Assembly: GCA_034439575.1 (NCBI GenBank)
Contig: JAWXAQ010000016.1
Location: 64,001 to 128,000, forward strand
DNA: 64,000 nucleotides
Source: Leptospira sp.
Lineage (GTDB): Bacteria; Spirochaetota; Leptospiria; Leptospirales; Leptospiraceae
Direction: 5' to 3'
Positions 19,136 to 29,332 of the stretch are shown here, one piece after another. Position numbers and translations under genes: made by a program. Position 1 is the stretch's first letter. Each line of letters opens with the position of its first letter. Below the pieces are notes generated by a model that saw only the letters and a program-made list of their open reading frames with translations, was not told where the DNA came from and ran no database searches.

Positions 19136-19795
19136 TTGATCGGATATGTAGAACTCAGTGAAGCCGATGCATTTCTTGAGTACCAAGTCGGTGCTGAAGA
19201 ATGGAACGACCTAAACCGCTATTCGAAGAAGACAGGTACAATTTCTTCGGATGGCGTAACGGACGTTTTACTCGGTGTCGGAACAACCTTCATTGAAGAT
19301 CTACAGGCAAATGAAGGAATCCTTATTGATGGAGAGGCATTACGTGTCCTTTCCATTGATTCGGATACTCAAGCAAAACTTGAAGTGAAAAAGGAAATCC
19401 CATCAGGAACAGAGTTGGTCGTTCTTACTGAATCAGAAACTAACTCTTTAATTGATCTGGTTCGAAGAAAAAAAGTCGGACTAATGTCTGCTTTTAGAGA
19501 GATCAAAAATAATCCCAAATTTGAAATTCCAGATTCGCCATCTGAAGATGAACTTGAGGCACTCAAGAATGCTCAGTGTGTAAGAGCTTTGGAAATCTTT
19601 ACAGATCCAACTAATCAGACTTCACTTAACCATGCGAGCAATGTGAGTAGCTATAAAGCTGGTGATTTTGCAGTAACATATAAAAAGAATGAGAGATTCA
19701 ATTTTTCAGATTCCGTTTTATTTTATTTAGAACAATTTCGTAAAGGTTTTGAAATCGTTCAGACTTTTAGGTCTGGACCAAAGTGGGCAGAGTAA
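19136..19795 (+). CDS. Head-tail adaptor-like protein with inserted beta domain
   Basis: YVELSEADAFL...LKNAQCVRAL...VSSYKAGDFAVTY. Confidence 0.7.
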   Translation: MIGYVELSEADAFLEYQVGAEEWNDLNRYSKKTGTISSDGVTDVLLGVGTTFIEDLQANEGILIDGEALRVLSIDSDTQAKLEVKKEIPSGTELVVLTESETNSLIDLVRRKKVGLMSAFREIKNNPKFEIPDSPSEDELEALKNAQCVRALEIFTDPTNQTSLNHASNVSSYKAGDFAVTYKKNERFNFSDSVLFYLEQFRKGFEIVQTFRSGPKWAE

Positions 19796-20806
19796 ATGGC
19801 GACAGCGATTCAAGTCTCTGAATTACTCAGAAAAGTTCCTGCAGCACAAAGAATGGAACTCGCACGGCTTCTTCGTAGAACAGTAGATTTATATGATTTT
19901 TCAGATAAAAATTTACTCAGAATAAGAGCCCTTCTTGAAGATATAAAAAATATTCAAGAAACAATACTATTCTCAATCGTTATAAATGCTTATGTAGAGT
20001 CCTTCGATAAGGTAACTAAACCAGGAAAAGCGATTACTCTCCTAAAGACTCCTTCTATCGATTTGGCTGCTGCTAAGCAATTAGCATTCGATACATTAAG
20101 AGATCTGAATCATGGTTTCAAACAAGGCGAAACTTATATTAGATCTATTTTCAAAACTGCAAAACAGGACATCCTTTCGGAGACAAAAATATCCGAGATA
20201 GTTTTGAATGATATTATGTCTGAAGGGACATTTAAAAAAGCAAGCAAGTCTCTCGGTTATGAGATGCAGCTCCTTGGATCAACTAACAATACTACGATTA
20301 GACAACTTTCAGAAAAAGAACTTCGGTCTAGATTTAATTCTTACAAAAAGAAACTAGCTCAATCAAAAGAACTTCCAGCAGGTTTGCGAAAGTATGCGCT
20401 TGGCAAAGCGGAAGAGAAACTCAGAGATGGAAAGTTTGTTACGATCATTGATAAGAATGGAAAACCAAGAACTTATAGTTTAGATTATTACACCGATATG
20501 GTGGCTCAATCAAGATTCGCTGATGCCCAAGTCGAAGGGACCATTGCAGCAGGAGAAAAATTAGGCGCACATTTATTCTTAGTAACGTTTCATAATACTG
20601 AGACACCTAAGTGTCAACAATACGAAGACAAATATCTTTCTTCAGATGAAAAACTTATCGGAAAATATTTTGAAGGTAGGGAGATCCTACGATTAACCGA
20701 AGACTCAAAGCCGATCTATCACGTTAATTGCAAGCATAGGTTACTGGTAGTTCCTATCACAAGTGATGAATATAATTCTATAGTAGGTGAAAGAAATGCT
20801 GCATAG
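19796..20806 (+). CDS. Minor capsid / head morphogenesis protein
   Basis: FVTIIDKNGK.R.YSLDYY, H...C, YHVNCKH. Confidence 0.75.
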   Translation: MATAIQVSELLRKVPAAQRMELARLLRRTVDLYDFSDKNLLRIRALLEDIKNIQETILFSIVINAYVESFDKVTKPGKAITLLKTPSIDLAAAKQLAFDTLRDLNHGFKQGETYIRSIFKTAKQDILSETKISEIVLNDIMSEGTFKKASKSLGYEMQLLGSTNNTTIRQLSEKELRSRFNSYKKKLAQSKELPAGLRKYALGKAEEKLRDGKFVTIIDKNGKPRTYSLDYYTDMVAQSRFADAQVEGTIAAGEKLGAHLFLVTFHNTETPKCQQYEDKYLSSDEKLIGKYFEGREILRLTEDSKPIYHVNCKHRLLVVPITSDEYNSIVGERNAA

Positions 20807-21074
20807 AATTAGAGAAATACTTAACGAAGATGGATCCATTCAGTCTTCCGATAGATCAAAAATTTCATATAACAGAATGCAGACTTCTTCCAAGGTTAAG
20901 CAAAATGGACAAGGGAACCAAGTCTTTGCAAAGTATAAGTTTTTCTTTAGAGCAAAAGTTGACTTAAAAGAAACAGATAAAATTGAATTTTTGGGAAAAA
21001 AATATTCAATCATGGAGTTTTATCCAGTGATGAATGATCGAAACCAAGTTGATCATATCGAGGTTTGGGTATGA
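20796..21074 (+). CDS. Head-tail joining (closure) protein
   Basis: Position; DKIEFLGKKYSI...DHIEVWV. Confidence 0.65.
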   Translation: MLHRIREILNEDGSIQSSDRSKISYNRMQTSSKVKQNGQGNQVFAKYKFFFRAKVDLKETDKIEFLGKKYSIMEFYPVMNDRNQVDHIEVWV

Positions 21075-21595
21075 GCCTAGAGTTTAAAATAAACGATCAA
21101 TTTTTTAAATCTTCTCTGTTGAAATTTGCTACTGCGGAAGAAAAGGTCATTCGTGAATCACTAGAAAAAGTCGGATATCGTATTGTAAAAGATGCGGTTA
21201 CTCTTGCTCCTAAAGCTCCTATTTTAGACGGCTTTCTGACTGGCGCCTTTACGGTAGCTGTTACAGACAGAGACACTATTTATCCAGCCATTAATGGCAA
21301 AGCATACCCAAAAGCTGGTGATACTGGAGAGAATTCGAAGGTCACTCTTAAAGCTGAAGAGATCGGAGAAGTCGATCTCACTGGCATGAAGAAGTTTGAA
21401 TTGAGAGTCGGAAACTCAATGATTTATGCTGCCAGATGGCACGAAAATCCTTTTACTCCAGGTCCATGGTCAGAGCGAAGAGGCAACGTTGGTTATAAGT
21501 TCATATCTATAAAGTTATACGGATACGGTGATCAATATTTGAAATTGCTCGCTGGTTTTATAAAAGATGCCATGAATGGGAGGTTGTTTACATGA
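21071..21595 (+). CDS. Tail completion protein (HK97 gp10-like)
   Basis: APILDGFL...VGNSMIYAARWHE. Confidence 0.7.
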   Translation: MSLEFKINDQFFKSSLLKFATAEEKVIRESLEKVGYRIVKDAVTLAPKAPILDGFLTGAFTVAVTDRDTIYPAINGKAYPKAGDTGENSKVTLKAEEIGEVDLTGMKKFELRVGNSMIYAARWHENPFTPGPWSERRGNVGYKFISIKLYGYGDQYLKLLAGFIKDAMNGRLFT

Positions 21596-22014
21596 TCTTC
21601 CTCCATGAGTATTTTTATTCTCATTTGAAAACTACATTTCAGGAAAACGAAGATATGAATTTCATCATGTATCCCGTGAAAGGGAACGTAGAAAAATTCA
21701 TTATGATCATGCCCATTCAAGGTAAGAGATCAAAGTATTACACTGATTCGGCTATCAATTTATCGATTGTGATTCAAGATACAAATGATCGCAAAGGTTT
21801 AGAAAATGCGATGTTGATTTATGATCTGTATCGTGATCAAACAAACAAAACAATTCCCTTAGATCCAGGATACAAAGCCGAGATCACAGAGGGTCGTTCT
21901 ATTATTGCTAACTTCATTCAGGCGGTGGATCATCCCGTTACGCTTGGTGACCAAGGCAATGGTAGATATCAATATAGTTTGAATTTTTTAATTCAATTAA
22001 AGGAGACGACATGA
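21592..22014 (+). CDS. Tail terminator-like protein
   Basis: LGDQGNGRYQYSLNF motif, position. Confidence 0.65.
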   Translation: MIFLHEYFYSHLKTTFQENEDMNFIMYPVKGNVEKFIMIMPIQGKRSKYYTDSAINLSIVIQDTNDRKGLENAMLIYDLYRDQTNKTIPLDPGYKAEITEGRSIIANFIQAVDHPVTLGDQGNGRYQYSLNFLIQLKETT

Positions 22015-22868
22015 AAATCGTTAAAAGTAAAAACGGGTACACAGTTTACGGACGAGAAGGTGGTTTAATTCGTCCAGCTGTTGTTATCGCAAGGCCAGAA
22101 CAACAAGCTGTTTTGACTGGAACAGTTACAGTTGGAACTGCTGGAACACCCGACGTAAAATCAAAAAACCTCATTGGTTCAGGAACAAATTTCCAAACAG
22201 CTCTTGCGGTAGGCGATTATATCGAATTTGATTTAGCGACACCAGTTGTAGCAATGATCAAAACGATTACGACCGATACAGCAGCAGTGCTAGGTGACCC
22301 AAAGAATCCAGGAGAAGACTTACTTCTATACATTCCACTTGGAACTAGCTATAGGAAATTTACCTCTCTATGGGTAGGAAAAACTGCACCAGCTGGAATC
22401 GAAATCACAGCAGAAGAATCAACTGCTGAAACTAAATCATCTGATGGCGGAGAAAAAGCAGAGAACGCTTATTCATCTGCCGTGAAGCCAATGATTAAGT
22501 TTGAGTTAATGGAAGCATCAATCGAAACATTGAGCGTTCTTTTGCCAGGGATTGTAAATTTTACTCGAGATGTTAACGGTAAAATTGTCGCTTCCTCTTT
22601 TGGCCCAAGAAACGGATACGATTTCAAAAAAAATGCCATTCGAATTGCAGTTATTGAATACGATGGCGATTCAGTTTCCACCTCTGGAGAAGATAGAACT
22701 GACTTTTTTAAAGTAGGTTTTAAAGGAGCTTTTAACCTTAAGAAAAATTCTACAGATCAAACTGGAATTGCATTAGAAGGTTACCTATTTGAAGACGATA
22801 CCAAAATGAAAAATGGTAAAGCACAATTCTGGGCAACTAACGAATCAGAAATGGTTTGGGACGAATAA
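22011..22868 (+). CDS. Major tail tube protein with inserted beta domain
   Basis: Position, strong RBS, beta-rich sequence. Confidence 0.7.
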   Translation: MKIVKSKNGYTVYGREGGLIRPAVVIARPEQQAVLTGTVTVGTAGTPDVKSKNLIGSGTNFQTALAVGDYIEFDLATPVVAMIKTITTDTAAVLGDPKNPGEDLLLYIPLGTSYRKFTSLWVGKTAPAGIEITAEESTAETKSSDGGEKAENAYSSAVKPMIKFELMEASIETLSVLLPGIVNFTRDVNGKIVASSFGPRNGYDFKKNAIRIAVIEYDGDSVSTSGEDRTDFFKVGFKGAFNLKKNSTDQTGIALEGYLFEDDTKMKNGKAQFWATNESEMVWDE

Positions 22869-22876
22869 GGAGAAAA

Positions 22877-23077
22877 ATGATGTCTGAAGAAAACAAAAAT
22901 GTTCCTCAAGAGCAAGTGGTGAAAAAGAAAGTTTCAATTCCTAGTTGGGCAATTCGCAAAATCAGCGAAAAGGAGTATAAAGTTTTTGTGTTGCGTGGGA
23001 ATCAGAAATGTTTCCTCGCAACAGCTGATACCCAATCAAAAGCTGAGACTCTTTATTGGAGTGACAGCAATAAATGA
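22877..23077 (+). CDS. Small hypothetical protein
   Basis: AAGGAG RBS; coupled to chaperone gene. Confidence 0.55.
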   Translation: MMSEENKNVPQEQVVKKKVSIPSWAIRKISEKEYKVFVLRGNQKCFLATADTQSKAETLYWSDSNK

Positions 23078-23595
23078 TTTTTCTTGCGAATGCATACGAA
23101 GTAGAAATTTGGGAGGGTGGGAAAAAATCCCACTCTCTTAAAATCAATGATGCAACCTCAACCTTTCGTGCCATAAAATTGGATGAGTTGGAAGATGAAG
23201 TTATTTCCATCGTTGAAAAGATTGCAAAAATTCAACCTCAAGTTTCTGAGATTATTAAGAATAATAGTCAGACATTGATTCAGGATCTTCCTAAAGAAGA
23301 TCAAGATATGTTAGTCGAATTAGAAAGACTTCAGAAAGAGATGAAGAAACTCAATGCAGAATTTATCAGAATTCTGGTACACGAATGGGATAAGAAAATA
23401 GAACTTATCGATTCTGTCGGAAGTAATTCACTAAGATATTTCATTGCAGCGATACGAAGAGCCGCATTTGGGCAAACAGACAATCGTCCAGGTTTGGAAA
23501 AAAAAAAAATCAAGCAAGTGAAATCAAAAACAAAATCTCCTGGAAAGAAATCAAAGAAAAATTCCACAGGTGGGGTTACTCGGAACAAGAAGTAG
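23074..23595 (+). CDS. Tail assembly chaperone (gpG-like)
   Basis: Between tube and tape measure; A12 slippery run at 23498-23509. Confidence 0.75.
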   Translation: MIFLANAYEVEIWEGGKKSHSLKINDATSTFRAIKLDELEDEVISIVEKIAKIQPQVSEIIKNNSQTLIQDLPKEDQDMLVELERLQKEMKKLNAEFIRILVHEWDKKIELIDSVGSNSLRYFIAAIRRAAFGQTDNRPGLEKKKIKQVKSKTKSPGKKSKKNSTGGVTRNKK

Positions 23596-23864
23596 ATTCT
23601 TGGAATGAGTTTAGGGTTACTTGGAAATATAACATCAATATGATAACAGAATTAGAATCTAAAATCGAACATTATAGAACTGTTATGCATTTGTGTAATT
23701 CCAAAGAGAATGCAGAAGTATATCAAAAACTCATCGAAGAAACAAAAGAAAATATTTCTAAAATGAGAAGTGAAGATATCGTGATTAAGGTTTCGGAACC
23801 AGTGATAGAATATGTTCCGCCAAACATTGTTGACATCCATAGCATTTTGAGAGGTGCAAAATAA
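23508..23864 (+). CDS. gpT-like -1 frame extension of the tail chaperone
   Basis: -1 frame open from the A12 run through the 23640-23864 ORF. Confidence 0.75.
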   Translation, partial: NQASEIKNKISWKEIKEKFHRWGYSEQEVDSWNEFRVTWKYNINMITELESKIEHYRTVMHLCNSKENAEVYQKLIEETKENISKMRSEDIVIKVSEPVIEYVPPNIVDIHSILRGAK

Positions 23865-23865
23865 C

Positions 23866-26679
23866 ATGACCGCAGGCGCTTCCGTAGGTTCAATTTATGG
23901 TCAAATGATTCTCGATACTTCTCAGTATGAACAAGCACTGAGGAGCATGGTAGGTCTTACCAGTTCTGGTGGTAAGAATATGGAGAAGTCAATTGACGGA
24001 CTTGGGAAGCGAATTGATGAACTCGAAGGCAAAACAGAAAAAGGCAGAAAAAAGGTAGATGAATATGCAAAAGCATTTGGGGCATTAGGTGGGATTCTTG
24101 GAGCTGGTGCTATCGTTGGGGGACTAAGATCTCTTACAACAGAAGCTGGAAAATTCGAAACCATTTCCACATCATTCAATGTTCTTACTGGAAGTGTTGA
24201 AAAAGGAACTAAGGTTCTGAAAGACTTAAATAAATACTCTCTCGATACACCGTTTACTCCGGAACAAGTTTTCAAAGCAGGTCGGGCACTCACAGCTTTT
24301 CAAATTACAGGTGATAAGTTAATTCCCACAATGAAAGCAATCGGTGACATTTCTGCTGGAACCGGTAAGGAATTCACAGAACTTGCAACGATTTATGGTA
24401 AAGCCAAAATCGCAGGCACTCTTTATGCAGAAGATATTAACCAACTTCTTGAAGCTGGTGTCCCCATCATGGGAGAATTTGCAAAGCAACTCGGTGTTTC
24501 CGAATCAGCAGTTAAGAAGATGGCGTCTGAAGGAAAAGTTAATTTTGCAATGCTTGAAAAAGCATTCGTGAGTTTGACTTCGGCTGGTGGTCCATTCTAC
24601 GAAATGACCGCACAACAGGCGCAAACTTTCGAAGGATTAACTTCCACTTTGGAAGGTGGTGCTCAAGAACTTAAAAGAGCATTCGGGGAAGGATTAGTAG
24701 AAGTTCTAAAACCAGTTGTAGTCGGACTTAGTCGAGTGATTGATGTTGTTCTAAAATTCAAAAACGAAAATCCAAATACATTTCGTGCCATAACTCTTTT
24801 GACCGCAGGCTTCGCTGCTCTCGTTGCCATTCTTATCGGTGGGGCTGGCTTGGTAACTGCGTTAGGTGTAGTGGGATCAGCTTTGTCTACATTCGGAATT
24901 AGCATGACAATGGCATTAGGCCCTATAGGGCTAGTTACAGCTGGAATAATAACCTTGGTTGGGTTATATGCTCAAATGAAAGATGGTGCCATTAATGCAT
25001 TAAGAGAAATTCAAAGAGAATCAGAAAGATTGTCTCAAACAAATGGGAAGGTGAGTAAAGCAACAAAGGATAACTTAGATGCAATGGTAAAGTCATTTGA
25101 AAATGTTAGGAATTCGGGTACGATGGCGACTCGTATTGCATTCTCAAATGCTTTTATCGAAAATATTAAAAATGCATCCGGTCTTACTAAAGAGTTTAAA
25201 GATCATTTAACTCAATTAGCAGGTTCTGCAAGAGACAGTGAATCATCATTTACTGCATTAAAAACAGCAATAGCAAGCTTAGCGGTCGAAGAGAATAAAC
25301 GAAATCCCAGTAGAACTGGTGGTAGTGGTGGAAATACTTCGCCAACCAATAATGAGCCAGAAAAACCAATAAAAATTGATTTAAACATAGATACAGGTGC
25401 ATTCGAAGGATTAAAGCAATCCGCAATAAAGGCGGTTCCAGAAATTTCAAAATACATTTCAGAAAAGCTAGGAGTTTCGATTGATGGTGACCTTGGCAAG
25501 TGGTTTCAAACTACAGGCGGTCAATGGACTCAAGGACTCATGGCAACTGTTTCAAAGGGAATCGAAGTTGTTATGGCTTCGATTAATGCGAAAGGTGCAC
25601 TTGCTCAAGCAAGACTTCAGAACCAAACACAGAATCTAAATTTTTGGTCTTCTTTCGCTAATCGCCAAACAGACGAACAACTAAAGATTACGAATGCTGG
25701 ATTAGATAAAGAAGTTGAAGCACTGGAAGCACAAAAGCAAGAACTACTTCGTATTGAACAAGAGTATCAAGCAGCTCGTGATGAGACAAAGAAATCCGAA
25801 ATCGAAAAAATCAAAGCACAGATTGAAGAAGAATACAATCTCCAAGCGCAATTATTACAAGATAAATTTCTCCAAGAATCTGAACGCCAAGAGACGGAAA
25901 TGGCATCAGAAGAAGTTGCAAATGCAAATGTTGAAACATTGCAAGAAGACCACCTTGCTAACATTAATGATTTAAGGTCAAGATTTGACCAAGAAAAATC
26001 CGATCGAATTGCTGCTCTGAATGATAGTATGCAATCGGAAGATGAAGCGAGAAAATCAAAACAGGTAAATACAGAAAAATCTTTAGTCGCTCAAATTGCA
26101 GCGATCGAAAAAGAAAAAATCGCTAACCAGGAAGCGGCGGACAAAAAGAAAAAGGACATGGAACGAGATAACGCTCGTTTGCAATGGGTTCTTGGAATGA
26201 ATGCATTCGCTATTCAGAAACAATCCGCTATCATGCAAGCAAAAATAAATATGGCTATGATGATCATGGATATAACTAAATCCGCGTTCTCTGCCATACC
26301 ATTTACTTTGCCAATTTTAGGATTTTTACCTATGGCCTACACTGCTGGAAACATGGCGATTCAGGCTGCATCGACTTCGCAGTATCCGCCTCCACCAGCG
26401 ACCGCTTTCGCATTAGGTGGTAGAGTAGAGGGAGGAATTCCAGGCAAGGACTCCGTTCCTAGTATGCTTATGCCTGGAGAGCTTGTAGTTCCGAATAAGA
26501 ATTTCGATGAGGTTGTGGATTCGGTTGCGAGTAAACGACGAATCAATCAGGAAGCAATTGTCATGAACTTCAATTTTTCAGAAATGAATTTTCATGGTGT
26601 TTCTGATGCGGAATCTGTTGCGCACGAAATCAAAGATATAATTTTCCAAGAAGTTCGTTCTGCGGTGGCAGCATTATGA
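23866..26679 (+). CDS. Tape measure protein
   Basis: TPFTPEQV, AIGDISAG, EDINQLLEAGVPI tape-measure motifs; hydrophobic Ala/Gly tracts; FALGG..G.DSVPSMLMPGELV tail. Confidence 0.92.
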   Translation: MTAGASVGSIYGQMILDTSQYEQALRSMVGLTSSGGKNMEKSIDGLGKRIDELEGKTEKGRKKVDEYAKAFGALGGILGAGAIVGGLRSLTTEAGKFETISTSFNVLTGSVEKGTKVLKDLNKYSLDTPFTPEQVFKAGRALTAFQITGDKLIPTMKAIGDISAGTGKEFTELATIYGKAKIAGTLYAEDINQLLEAGVPIMGEFAKQLGVSESAVKKMASEGKVNFAMLEKAFVSLTSAGGPFYEMTAQQAQTFEGLTSTLEGGAQELKRAFGEGLVEVLKPVVVGLSRVIDVVLKFKNENPNTFRAITLLTAGFAALVAILIGGAGLVTALGVVGSALSTFGISMTMALGPIGLVTAGIITLVGLYAQMKDGAINALREIQRESERLSQTNGKVSKATKDNLDAMVKSFENVRNSGTMATRIAFSNAFIENIKNASGLTKEFKDHLTQLAGSARDSESSFTALKTAIASLAVEENKRNPSRTGGSGGNTSPTNNEPEKPIKIDLNIDTGAFEGLKQSAIKAVPEISKYISEKLGVSIDGDLGKWFQTTGGQWTQGLMATVSKGIEVVMASINAKGALAQARLQNQTQNLNFWSSFANRQTDEQLKITNAGLDKEVEALEAQKQELLRIEQEYQAARDETKKSEIEKIKAQIEEEYNLQAQLLQDKFLQESERQETEMASEEVANANVETLQEDHLANINDLRSRFDQEKSDRIAALNDSMQSEDEARKSKQVNTEKSLVAQIAAIEKEKIANQEAADKKKKDMERDNARLQWVLGMNAFAIQKQSAIMQAKINMAMMIMDITKSAFSAIPFTLPILGFLPMAYTAGNMAIQAASTSQYPPPPATAFALGGRVEGGIPGKDSVPSMLMPGELVVPNKNFDEVVDSVASKRRINQEAIVMNFNFSEMNFHGVSDAESVAHEIKDIIFQEVRSAVAAL

Positions 26680-27467
26680 TATCATATTATATCCAAAACA
26701 GGAAAGGAGAAGTCTTACATTTTCAGGATAAGAATGCGAGAAGGGAACCTCTCGAATTTAAACCGAATAAGCAATCTTACGCCAAACAGAATCAATTCGG
26801 TGTTATTACTAGAGGTTCATTTAAACAGGCTGAGAAAAAAATATCTCTCAAATTTAATTTAATCGCAGAATCCCCAGATGAGTATTATTATAAACTCAAT
26901 TCAATTGCCGCTTTCTTATATAATCAATACAATGCCCCATTCTATTTATATTCAGTGGAAAGAAAAGTCAGAGGCAAAATTTCCATAAACTCTTTGAAAG
27001 AGAATTTCCTAGATGGCCATGAAGCGCGTTTAGGAATAGATTGTATTCTCGATCTGCAATTGGAAGACGCTCTTTGGGAATCAAATTCCGAATTACCGGA
27101 GACCAAAATTCTTGCCAATGGCGATTCTGTAAAAATTGAAATTGGTGCCGACTCAGTAGATTGCGCTCCAATTTTTACACTTACAAATCTTGATGCTTCA
27201 GTAAATCCTGAATTTGCTCTTTCTATTGTGAACGATGATTTCTCTGCAAATCTCATAGTTGCGAATACTGGATTTTCTACAGATAAAATTATCAAAATAG
27301 ATTGTGCAGATGGAAAGATATTCCTAGATTCAATTGCTTCTTCTCCGTCGATCATCGCTGGAAATTATTTTCCACTTCTTCCTGGTGAAAACATTGTCAC
27401 TTATGAATGCAAGACCAATCAAAATGTAGAGTTAAAAACTGCTTACAGATATAGGAGGCTTTTCTAA
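26676..27467 (+). CDS. Distal tail (Dit-like) protein
   Basis: After tape measure; IKIDC...YFPLLPGENIV...YRYRR. Confidence 0.75.
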   Translation: MISYYIQNRKGEVLHFQDKNARREPLEFKPNKQSYAKQNQFGVITRGSFKQAEKKISLKFNLIAESPDEYYYKLNSIAAFLYNQYNAPFYLYSVERKVRGKISINSLKENFLDGHEARLGIDCILDLQLEDALWESNSELPETKILANGDSVKIEIGADSVDCAPIFTLTNLDASVNPEFALSIVNDDFSANLIVANTGFSTDKIIKIDCADGKIFLDSIASSPSIIAGNYFPLLPGENIVTYECKTNQNVELKTAYRYRRLF

Positions 27468-29332
27468 TGCCTACCATATACGAAGAGGCTTACTCTAATG
27501 GGTTCGGTGGTTTTCCGTTTGGCGGATTGATTTATTCTCAAGGTGCCATTCGCATTAATTACAATCTTAGAAACGATGGGAAAACGGATGATGATTTTTT
27601 ATCGTTCGGAATTGCAAATGGATCTTTCCTAGAATCATTTCCTATCGATGTACAGAATACAATTTTCCAAAAATTATCATTTGTTGTAAATAATGGAGGG
27701 AATTGCCAGAGCTTCAAGTTCTCACTCAATTCTCTTCCCGATGTTCCATTGCTTACTTATACTGAGTATGCTTTAAAGTTTGGATCCATTCCGCGATTCA
27801 AAGGATATATCACAAAACGACCTATCCCTGGTGAAGATGAAGATTTGAATTTTTCAGGTTATGGATTTTTCAAGAAGATCGAAAAAACAAAAATAAAAAA
27901 TCCAGATAATCATTTGATTCAAAGCGTAAGCCAATCAGGTACAACAATGACTTTGAATTTATTACCAGGTTCACTCGTTGCATCAGCAAAAGTTGGCTTA
28001 AAGATTGTAGTCAAAAATTGCAATGAATCTAAGAACAATGGAGTTTTCGAGATAACATCTAACGGAACAGCTACAATAGTTGTATTGAATCCTTCAGGTG
28101 TTACAGATTCGAGCATTAGCGGAGTAGTTTATATTCTACCAATCGAATGGACAGAATCAACTCGCATAGATCTGCTAATCAAAAAAACGCTCTCGATGTC
28201 ACTCACATCAAGCAATCAAGTTTTATACGATCCCTCTACAATCGAAGAAACAACAGGATTTCTTTCGGCAGGTGAAGTTAATTTTGAAGGAATGGAAATT
28301 GGTAAATTCTTCGATTTGATGAGGAAGTTTTTGCAAAGAAAATATTACATCGGGATAGATGGATACGGTAAAATATTCGTCCGTCAAATTCCTCTTCAAA
28401 TGATTCAAAAGCTTCACGCTGGATTTGATTTTCCATCTGGATCAATTAACACAGATGAGGAAGTTGCAGGGAATTTAATTACGGTAAATAAATCTGATTC
28501 TAAATCAGGTAAAAGTTCTGGTTCTTCGATCGCTGGAATTGCAAGTGATCCGACATCGGTTGCAAAGTACGGAGAACAGCCTTATAGCGAAGATATCCCA
28601 GGTCATCTTTCTGCTGATACTGGAAATTTATATGCAAATGCTCTTTTGATCATAATGAAAGATCCAATCATTCAAGGCGAGGCAAAGGATATGCCTTGGC
28701 GTTGGTATGATTTCGGTCTCTATGGTTATGTTACTAAAACAGATTTTTATCCATTCACAATAGAGGATTTCGACTCATTAACTAATTGGGTAACTGATGC
28801 AGAGATCACAAGATCGATCGTTAATTCAAAGTTAGTGAACGGTGCAAACAGCCATAAATTAGTATTAACTTCTGCTTCGGAAAATAAGGTTCATCGGAAG
28901 CCAATTTCGTTCCGGATGAATTCTGGAAAGAATATGTTTTTCTACATGTTCTCTAATGTAAAAATCAAAATCAGATATGGTTTTGGAACAGATTCTTGGA
29001 ACGAGAATGTATATGACTTCGAGACTTTCGAAGTCGATCGTTGGTTTCCCTACCGAGTTCAATTCCAAGGCCTCACCAAACAGATAAATCATATAGGATT
29101 TCAAATTCTTTCGGATATTGATGCTGAAGTATACTTAGATTTCCTAAATTGTTTTTCCTACACTGCCTTACATTATGAACTTCAATTGGATCAGGCAGAA
29201 TACATTATAGATAGTCACGAACGAAAAGTAACTTTGAAGTTTGGTGATCTAACTCGCAATCCTGGATTTGAGCAATATATTGCAGGGATCAAAGCACAAG
29301 CAGAAGTCGCAAAAATGATGGTAAGAAAATGA
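27467..29332 (+). CDS. Baseplate hub / Tal-like tail protein
   Basis: Position after Dit; DPTSVAKYG motif. Confidence 0.7.
   Translation: MPTIYEEAYSNGFGGFPFGGLIYSQGAIRINYNLRNDGKTDDDFLSFGIANGSFLESFPIDVQNTIFQKLSFVVNNGGNCQSFKFSLNSLPDVPLLTYTEYALKFGSIPRFKGYITKRPIPGEDEDLNFSGYGFFKKIEKTKIKNPDNHLIQSVSQSGTTMTLNLLPGSLVASAKVGLKIVVKNCNESKNNGVFEITSNGTATIVVLNPSGVTDSSISGVVYILPIEWTESTRIDLLIKKTLSMSLTSSNQVLYDPSTIEETTGFLSAGEVNFEGMEIGKFFDLMRKFLQRKYYIGIDGYGKIFVRQIPLQMIQKLHAGFDFPSGSINTDEEVAGNLITVNKSDSKSGKSSGSSIAGIASDPTSVAKYGEQPYSEDIPGHLSADTGNLYANALLIIMKDPIIQGEAKDMPWRWYDFGLYGYVTKTDFYPFTIEDFDSLTNWVTDAEITRSIVNSKLVNGANSHKLVLTSASENKVHRKPISFRMNSGKNMFFYMFSNVKIKIRYGFGTDSWNENVYDFETFEVDRWFPYRVQFQGLTKQINHIGFQILSDIDAEVYLDFLNCFSYTALHYELQLDQAEYIIDSHERKVTLKFGDLTRNPGFEQYIAGIKAQAEVAKMMVRK

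Noticed and set aside
22011-29332. Contractile tail or tailocin
   Set aside because: No sheath or wedge genes; head genes are present and the order is tube, chaperone, tape measure, Dit, Tal.
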